A stretch of DNA of 60,609 bases, counting the filler, from Jimgerdemannia flammicorona (lineage: Eukaryota), in assembly GCA_003990765.1 (NCBI GenBank). It is 3 parts of 3 records of this genome, joined end to end, with 100 filler letters (N's around TTAATTAATTAA, not from the genome) between each part and the next. Parts side by side here need not be neighbours in the genome. Positions count along the whole stretch, not along the records: positions 40,480 to 60,609 come from RBNJ01001752.1; 2 more parts are not named here. One strand, given 5' to 3'. A model generated the notes under the pieces. That model saw only the letters and a list, made by a program, of their open reading frames with translations, made no database searches and had not been told where the DNA came from. The position numbers and the translations under genes are program-made. Positions 51,950 to 60,609 of this stretch are shown one piece after another (positions within the stretch are counted from its first letter, which is position 1; each line of letters begins with the position of its first letter).

Positions 51950-54900
51950 CTTCAAGTAAGAATTTATTTATTGTAGAGAAGACAGGGTACATCAGAGCAA
52001 CAAAAGACAAAGACTCCTAAGATGAGAAAAGCAAAACAAGGCCAGCGAAGTAAACAACCAGCTAAGAAGTACAAAACAAAGGCCAGAGAGGTGACCACCC
52101 TATGGATGGGCTGGATAAAACCATTTTGTCATGGCCATAGAGATAATAAATACAAAAAGCAAAGAATGGGAAGGCTAAGATATATTACACATTTGCCCGG
52201 TGCCAACTACATGAACCATATCGACACCCAAACACCAAACAGCTGACATGAGATGAATAACTTAATGCACTCTCAACAACGGGGGGAACCAACCAGGCAA
52301 ATGAGGGGAAGGATAGAAGTAAAGAAAATGTGTGATCGCTCGATCACCCAAACATCTTCATAATCTCGGTCAGGCAAAATCCAACCGCGAGGTGGACACC
52401 AGAATTACACATGGCATCTATAGCGCGATAGGCTGTCTCGTGAAGAGCATGAAGAGGGTAGGCACGAAGTTCCTCCTGCCAATCGTTATTAGTAAACTAG
52501 TCGAGCTGTTCATCTCAATCTGAAGAACCTCGAAAAGCCGAATAAGAACCGTCGAGAAGACCGCACCTGAGGAGATGGCCACAATGAAACTTATCTCCAC
52601 AGGGGCAGGGGTGGGGTTGGCCAAAGTAGCCATAGCACCAGGCGAGGGCAGAACGCACAAGCCGGGGGGAGAAGGAAAGGACGTGATCGGTACCCCTCGA
52701 CTGCAAGCAGCCTTTGGGGGTGATATACCAAATGAGAGCCTGGGAGGAGGAGGCCCATTCCTGCAGCAGCTGATCCCGAAGGAAGGACTGGAGAAAGGAG
52801 CGGAGCGAGCGAGTCTTGCGGACCTGGGGACGGAGATCCCAGTACCAGTCAAGGAAGTCAAGCCAAGAGGTCCAATGCTCGAACTTGTCAATAATAGAAC
52901 CCGGGGGATGCGTGACAAAACGCTCGCTAAGAGGACTGATAGGGTTGTTGTCTGACTTGCTACACCAATCCAGGTGGGCTTGGAACATGCAGCAGAGGTC
53001 AGACATGCGACGAAGGAAGGAAGGGAGGCCAAGAATCGAGCTGCCAAGCAAGGGACAGCCAGAAAATCCAACCGCCCAAGCGACAGCATCATCAAAGACC
53101 TGCTTGAGACACTTCAATACCTGAAGCCCCGTGGTAGTAGCCAGACAGGAAGCACATAGGAGGGGGAGGCCATATTCCAGCTGAGGCCTGAAGAATGTTT
53201 GTACAATGGCCAACTTGACCATTGGCGACCAGAGGGGACCACGAGCATAGCAGAACCCAAGAGTTCATTCCGCCTTTGCTGCATTCTGCAATGCAAGGTT
53301 GACAAAGTCAAACCCTTTATTGGTGTACGGCATGCCCAGGTATACATAGGAGGTAGGTCGAGGGCAGGGTTCGCCCCCAATCAGTATAGTACAGTCAGCT
53401 AGGCCAACATAATCACACTTCTTGGGATTGAGCTCCATACCATTCACCCAAAGCCAATTCTCACAGAAATCAACCATCCTCTGCCCTTCCACGGCAGTGT
53501 GGGGGGTGAGGGCAATGTCATCAGTAAAGAAAAGCCCGAGGGGGAAGTCGTACTCCTTGAACTGCTCATCAAAGGAGGCAGCGAGGGGGTTGATAAAGAC
53601 ATCAAATAGCCAGGGGGAGAGGAGGGAGCCCTGGAAGAGGCCGCGCTCAGTGGGGACCGAAGGGGTGATGAGACCATTGACAACCACCTAATAAGAACAG
53701 TGATTAAATAGGCTTCGGATAATGCTAAGGAGGGCTGCATCGGCACCTTGTGCCTCAAGGCAGGAAAGAATGCACTTGAGGGAGACTTGGTCGTATGCCT
53801 GCTGGAGGTCCAGGAAGACACGGCGGCCCCATCCCTTGGCCCACGTCTCGTGCGATAGCAAGACATGAGAAATGGACGAGAAGTGGGTTCGGAAGCCACC
53901 TTGGCAGCGCGACATTTCTGTCAGGCTGCTTCAGCTCTTGATATATCCTTCCAAACACCGCTCGAGATTCTACGAAACATTTCAGTCAGAGCAATAGGGC
54001 GAAATCCATCAATCATACGTGATTCCTCCTTCTTGGGGACTGGGGTGATGATGGCTGAGTTCCAGTGGCGGGGAGTGAGCCCCCAGATCATGCACATCTG
54101 GAAGAAGAACGAGAGAGCCTTCGAAAGGCTATAGGGGGCATCCTTCTCACCTGCCATCACCTGAAGGATCCGGACATGCAAGGAGTCGGCACTGCATGCC
54201 TTTGAGAGGGGGTAGCTGTGGACAGCCCTCCAAACTGCAGGTTGGTCAAACCAAGACTGCAGCCCAAGAGCGCCCACGCTGAGGGGGAAGACATCTTCTG
54301 AGTCATCGAGACGGAGGGAGGCATCCGGTTGGCCGAAGATAGTGGTAAAGTAGGCAACTACATCATTGAACACTGGGACATTGGGGGAGCAGGACTGAAG
54401 GGGTGTGGAGGGGGTGGAGCAGTACACTAGCTTAAAGCCACGAATGGCATCTGAGACCGAGGATGCACTGCGAAGGAGGTCTCACCTAGAGAGTGGCATG
54501 GCTCTGATTTCTCTTGCGTCATATGAGCCAAGAATGTCCTCACAGACAGACTGTAGACCAGAGGTCAAAAGAGCATCAAGGGAATCCACAAACTGCTGGC
54601 GATCATCCACAGAGCAAAAGCCGGTGATGTGGTCCCTAACAGAGTAGATAGATCTGATAACAGTATTACAAATGATATCTGCTGATTCCCGAAGGTGAGC
54701 TTGAACGACCAGATCAGTCAGATATCTCGCAGAGTAATAACAGACGCCAGCCAAGGTAGCAACTGGCGAGGGGGAGAAGAGAAAGGAGACAGTGAGGAGG
54801 GAAGGGTGGTCGGTAGTGACAGGAGGGGTGGAGAAGGTGAGGGATGTGTGGAGGGACGCAGTGGCGAATGCATGATCAACGCATATAGAATCAGCCACCA

Positions 54901-56702
54901 GGGTCAGGTGGTTCAATGACCACATCATCAGGGAGGTGTCAACGACATCCATCCAATCGCGAGGACCAGAGTTGACGTCACCAAGGCAGGCACCAAAGTG
55001 GGTTTTGATTTCACCAATCAAAAGGGCCTTACCCGGGAAGGGTCCAGACACCAGATCACGGAAGCCACCAATGGGAAGAGAGGGGGGGGCGTAAACCACA
55101 ACCAAAGCCAAGTCCTGGAACATGAGCCGGATATAGAAGGGGTCGGTGGAGGACCTGAAAATGAGGGGGGCAAAACAGTTTGACACAAGGACTATGAGAC
55201 CACCATTCTGGTTGCCCACGATCCTGTGCGACGCCGGAGGGGAGGCCATGTAGATGAGCGGAGAGGGACATAGCGGAATGTGCCATGTTTCACATATGAA
55301 AAGAACATTGAGAGCAGGACCAATCAACCGACTGAGCACATTGAACTTGTCCTGGGGTAGTCTGTGTGTATTGAGGAACCTGACTCTCATTGTGGGCTGG
55401 GTGTGTTAGCGCCAACAGCGTGGGATGCACCTGAGGTAGAAGCTTCAGCTTCCAAATCCATCACCATTTCACCCATCATGGCCACAGTACCACCTGCCTT
55501 CGAAGCAGGGCCGGCCAGCGGGGAGGCGGAGGAGGGGAGAGTGAGGCCAAGTTCCGCGGCCCAAGCTCGGTAGAAGGTCTGCACCTCGGGCCTCTTTGCA
55601 GTGGCCTCACCTGCCAACTGCCGGACTCGAGCATGGAATGATTGGAGTATCCGTGTCTTCATGGCCTCTATGGCATTCTTGTTGTGTGAGAGCGCAGGGT
55701 CCCAGGCCAACAGCACCGAGAACCTGAGCACCTTCATCTTCTTTTGGAATGCCATGACATAATCAGGATGGAGCAGGAATTCGATGGTCGATGCTGAGAC
55801 ATACGACATGTTGAGAACTTTTGACAACATCACATGGACGTCATACAAGTTCTTCCGGATCTGCCCGTTCTTTAAATGGGCAAATCTGTCAACATAAACA
55901 TACTGCAGCCTAGTGCCCTTCTCAGTCGGCAACAAATGAGAGGTTGGCTTAAGAGTCATGCGCGAAAGGGTGGTAGCTGCAGCTGCCCTTTCCGTCTTAG
56001 GGTAGGCCTGGGTCCTATCCTTGATAGAGACCTTTTTAGTGGCGGCGGCATACAATTTGGGAGAGGCGGGGGTCGAAGCAGTGGACAAAGATGGACTGGT
56101 GGTGCTGGGTCCCACAGGCGAAACCTGGGGCACTGGCCCGGGAGCCTTGGCCTTACCCTTTTTAGAGGGCACAGCTTTAGCGGCCAGAGGCACAGCCGTG
56201 GGAGTTACCTCCTTTGATGGTGCACCAGACTGCGACGAGGCGGCTTTAGCGCCCCACTTGTCCACTCACTTCTGGGCCTTCGACTGTGTGTTCACGGCAA
56301 GACCAGTAGGAGGGGGGGCCAAGGACTTGGGGGGGGCGGATGTAGAAGAGGCGGCAGGGGTACTTCCTGAACGAGTACCAGATGACAAGTGGGCGGTGGG
56401 CATATGATGTGCAGCAAGCTGCGCCATCAGCTGGGCATTGATCTTGGCCAGTTCGGTCACCTGGTTAGCAGATCTGAGATCTGCTTCCTCATCGCGGCCA
56501 TCTCTGTGACCAGATCAGGGCCGGCTGAGGGGCCTGCACGACCGGCCATCGGGGTCATTTCCAAACTAGTGTTCGGGCGACCACGCTTGTTCCGATTGAG
56601 GGGCGGTGGCATCGGAGAGTAGGGGGGCGCTGGGCATCATGGTCTGAATCGGAAGAGATCGCAATCTCTTCGTCATCTTCCGCATCGCGCAGGGAAGATA
56701 AA
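51950..56702 (-). mobile_element. Telomeric LINE copy 5 (5'-truncated within ORF1)
   Basis: Homology ends at GGGAAGATAAA, then telomeric repeats follow. Confidence 0.93.
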
Positions 56703-56729
56703 GGGTTAGGGGTTAGGGTTAGGGTTAGG
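56703..56729 (+). repeat. Interstitial telomere tract GGGTTAGGGGTTAGGGTTAGGGTTAGG
   Basis: Caps truncated copy 5 and precedes the copy 6 3' end. Confidence 0.93.
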
Positions 56730-57969
56730 TTTCAAGTAAAAATTTATTCATTGTAGAGAAGATAAGGTACATTGGAGCAACAAAAGACAAAGACTCCTAA
56801 GATGAAAAAAGCAAAACAAGGCCAGCAAAGTAAACAACTAGCTAAGAAGTACAAAACAAAGACCAAAGAGATGTCCACCCTATAGACAGGCTGGATAAAA
56901 CCATTTTGTTACGGCCGTAAAGATAAAAATGCAAAAGCAAGGAAAGGAAGGCTAAGATAAAATACACATTCACCCGGCGCCAACTACATGAACCGTATCA
57001 TTAACTAAACTCCAAATGACTGATATGAGATGAATAACTCAATGCACTCTCAACAACGGGGGGAACCAACCAAGGCGAATGAGGGGAAAGAAGGAAATAA
57101 AGAAAATGTGCGATCACTCGATCACCCAAGCATCTTCGTAATCTTGGTCAGGCAGGACCCGACTGCGAGATGGCTACCAGAATTACACATGGCGTCTATG
57201 GCATGGTAGGCTGTCTCGTGAAGAGTGTGAAGAGGGTAGGCACGAAGTTCCTCCTGCCATTCGTCATTGGTAAACCAGTCGAGCTGTTCATCTCGATCTG
57301 AAGAACCTTGGAAAGCAGAATATGAACCGTTGAGAAGACCGCACCTGAGAAGATGGCCACGATGAAACTTATCTCTACAGGGGCAGAGGCGGGGTTGGCC
57401 AAAGTAGCCATAGCGCCAGGCAAGGGCAGAATGCACAAGCTGGGGGGGGAAGGAGAGGACACGATCGCGCCCCGCAACCGCAAGCGGCCTTTGGGGGTGA
57501 TGTATCGAACGAGAGTCTGGAAGAGGAGGCCCATTCCTGTAGCAGCTGATCCCGAAGAAAGGACTGGAGGAAGGAGCGGAGTGAGCGAGTCTTGCAGACC
57601 AGGGGACAGAGGTCTCAGTACCAGTCGAGGAAGTCAAGCCAAGAGGTCCAATACCGGAAATTGTCAATGATAGAACCCGGGGGACACATGACAAAGTGCT
57701 CGCTAAGAGGGCCGATAGGGTTGTTGCCCAACTTGCTACACCAATCCAGATGGGCTTGGAACATGTAGCAGAGATCAGATGTATGACGAAGGAAGGAAGG
57801 GAGGCCAAGAATCGAGCTGCCAAGCAGGGGATGGCCAGAGAACCCCGCCTAAGCGACAGCATCATCAAAGATCTGCTTGGGACACTTCAACACCTGAAGC
57901 CCTGTGGTAGTAGCCAGACAGGAAGCACATAGGAGGGGAAGGCCATATTCCAGCTGAGGCCTGATGAAT

Positions 57970-58005
<36 letters not shown>

Positions 58006-60483
58006 TTTTTGTTTTCTTTTTTTTTTTTTTTTTTTTTTTTTATAGTCACTTGGACTGCCCTTTATTACCGATCTATTCTATATACTTACAACAGGCCTGA
58101 TGAATGTTCGTATGATGGCCAACTTGACCATTGGTGACCAGAGAGGACCATGGGCATGGCAGAACCCAAGGGTCCGGTCCACCTTTGCCGCATTCTGCAA
58201 CGCAAGGTTGACAAAGTCAAACCCTTTGTTGGTGTATAGCATGCCCAAGTACACATAGGAGGTGGGTCGCGGGCAGGGTTCGCCCCCAATCAGCATAGTA
58301 CAGTCAGCCGGGCCGACATAACCACACTTCTTGGGGTTGAGCTCCATATCGTTCACCCAAAGTCAATCTTCACAGAAATCAACCATTCTTTGCCCTTCCG
58401 CGGCAGTGCAGGGGGTAAGGGCGATATCATCAGCAAAGAAAAGCCTGAGGGGGAAGTTGTACTCCTTGAACTGCTCATCAAAGGAGGCGGCGAGGGGGTC
58501 AATGAAAACATCAAACAGCCAGGGAGAGAAGAGGGAGCCTTGGAAAAGGCCGCGCTCAGTGGGGACCGAAGGGGTGACGAGGCCATTAACAACTACCTGA
58601 TAAGAACAGTGATTGAACAGGCTCCGGATAATGCTAAGGAGGGCCACATCGGCACCTCGCGCCTCAAGGCGAGAAAGAATACACTTGAGGGGAACTCGAT
58701 CATATGCCTGCCAGAGGTCCAAAAAGATATGGCGGCCCCATCCCTTGGCCCACGTCTCGTGTGAAAGCAAGACATAAGATAGGGATGAGAAGTGGGTTCG
58801 GAAGCCATCTTGGCAGCGCAACATTTCTGTCAGGCTGCCACTGCTCTTGACGTATCCTTCCAAACACCGCTCGAAGAGTCTACGAAACATTTCAGTCAGA
58901 GCAATAGGGCAAAATCCATCGATCGTTTGCAATTCCTCCTTCTTGGGGACCGGGGTGATGATGGCTGAGTTCCAGCAGTGGGGAGTGAGCCCCCAGACTA
59001 CGCACATCTGGAAGAAGAATGAGAGGGCCTTTGAAAGGCTACAGGGGGCGTCCTTCTTACCTGCCATCACCCAAAGGATCTGGACATGCAAGGAGTCAGC
59101 GCCACACGCCTTTGAGAGGGGGTAGCTGTGGATAGCCCTCCAAACTGCAGGTTGGTCAAATGAAGACTGCAGCCCAAGAGCATCCACACTGAGGGGGAAG
59201 ACGTCTTCAGAGTCATCGAGGCGGAGGGAAGCATCTGGCTGACTGAAGATAGTAGTAAAGTGAGCCACCACATCATCAAACACTGGGACATTGGGGGAGC
59301 GGGACTGGAGGGGGGCAGAGGGGGTGGAGCAATACGCTCGCTTAAAACCACGAATGGTATCAGAGACTGAGGATGTACTGCGGAGGAGGTCTCACCTAGG
59401 GAGCGGCGCTGCTCTAATCTCTCTTACGTCATATGAGCCCAGAATATCCTCACAGACAGACTGTAGACCAGAGGTCAAAAGAGCATCAAGGGAATCCACA
59501 AACTGCTGGCGATTATCCACGGAGCGAAAGCCAGCAATGTGGTCCTTAACAGAGTAAATAGACCTGATAACAGTATCGCAAACGATATCCGCTGATTCCT
59601 GAAGGTGGGCTTGGATGACCGGGTCAGTCAGGTATTTCGCAGAGTAACGACAGACGCCAGCCAGGGCAGCAACTGGCGAGGGGGAGAAGGGAAAGGAGAC
59701 GGTGAGGAGGGAGGGGTGATCGGTAGTGACAGGAGGGGTGGAGCAGGTGAGGGACGCATGGAGGGACGTGGTGGCAAACGCATGATCAATGCATGTGGAT
59801 CCAGCCACCGGGGTCAGGTGGTTCAATGACCACGTCATTAAGGAGGTGTCGACGACATCCATCCGATCGCGGGGACCAGAGTTGACGTCACCAAGGTGGG
59901 CACCGAAGCGGGTATTGATGTCACCGATCAAAAGGGCCTTACCCAGGAAGGGTCCAGACACAAGATCATGGAAGCCACCAATGGGAAGAGAAGGGGGAGC
60001 ATAAACCCCGACCAAAGCCAGGTCCTGGAACTTGAGCCGGATATGGAAGGGGTCGGCGGAGGATCCAGAAATAAGGCAGGCAAAACAGTTTGACACGAGG
60101 ACCACGAGACCACTATTCTGGTGACCCACGATCCTGTGCGACGCCGGAGGAGAGGACATGTGAATGAGCGGAGAGGGACACAGCGGAATGTGCCACGTTT
60201 CACATACAAAAAGAACGTCGAGGGTAGGACCAATCAACTGACTGAGTATATCGAACTTGTCCTGGGGCAGTCCATGTGCATTGAGGAACCTAACTCTCAT
60301 TGGGGGCCAGGCGCGTTAGCACCAACAATATAGGAAGCACCCAAGGTAGAAGCTTCAGCTTCCAAATCTATCGCCATTTCATCTGACATGGCTACAGTAC
60401 CACCTGCCTTCAAAGCAGGGCCGGCCGTCAGGGAGGCAGAGGAGGGGAGAGCGAGGCCAAGTTCCGCAGCCCAAGCTCTATAG
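56730..60483 (-). mobile_element. Telomeric LINE copy 6 (terminal, truncated in ORF1, carries a poly(A) insert)
   Basis: ORF2 60300 to 57122; ORF1 tail ends at CCAAGCTCTATAG, where the telomere starts. Confidence 0.93.
57971..58092 (-). mobile_element. 5'-truncated poly(A) retroposon insert with a 14-bp TSD
   Basis: ~70-nt T-rich tail plus ~50 nt carrying AATAAA on the minus strand; AGGCCTGATGAATG duplicated at 57957-57970 and 58093-58106. Confidence 0.9.
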
Positions 60484-60609
60484 GGTTAGGGTTAGGGTTA
60501 GGGTTAGGGGTAGGGTTAGGGTTAGGGGTAGGGTTAGGGTTAGGGTTAGGGTTAGGGTTAGGGTTAGGGTTAGGGTTAGGGTTAGGGTTAGGGTTAGGGT
60601 TAGGGTTAG
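60481..60609 (+). repeat. Terminal telomere (TTAGGG)n
   Basis: ~21 repeats running to the sequence end, G-strand 5'->3' outward; GTAGGG variants at 60510 and 60528. Confidence 0.95.

Overview
Repeat-dense eukaryotic, probably fungal, DNA. Evidence for fungal origin: a TTAGGG telomere, short GT-AG introns with CTAAC/CTGAC branch sites, and heavy C>T/G>A decay of repeats. Two 100-nt N/TTAATTAATTAA linkers split the window into three pieces of 20140, 20139 and 20130 nt. These look like size-sorted concatenated contigs, so adjacency across the gaps should not be trusted. Piece 1 (1-20140) is a nest of dead LTR retrotransposons. It holds Ty1/copia remnants, a solo LTR, and a 12.7-kb Ty3/gypsy element with a dUTPase and a 358-codon ORF inside both LTRs. 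Piece 2 (20241-40379) is a head-to-tail array of a ~5.1-kb APE+RT non-LTR retrotransposon on the minus strand, whose copies are joined by short TTAGGG tracts. It is followed by a hAT DNA transposon carrying a spliced cargo pseudogene. Piece 3 (40480-60609) reads from a host CHAT-like gene, through a hypermutated old copy of the LINE and a broken gypsy healed with TTAGGG, then three more LINE copies, to a terminal (TTAGGG)n tract. Main candidate system: a telomere-specific, poly(A)-less APE-type LINE. It always attaches at TTAGG|CTTCAAG with its 5' end towards the chromosome end, and it appears to alternate with de novo telomere addition to build the terminus.
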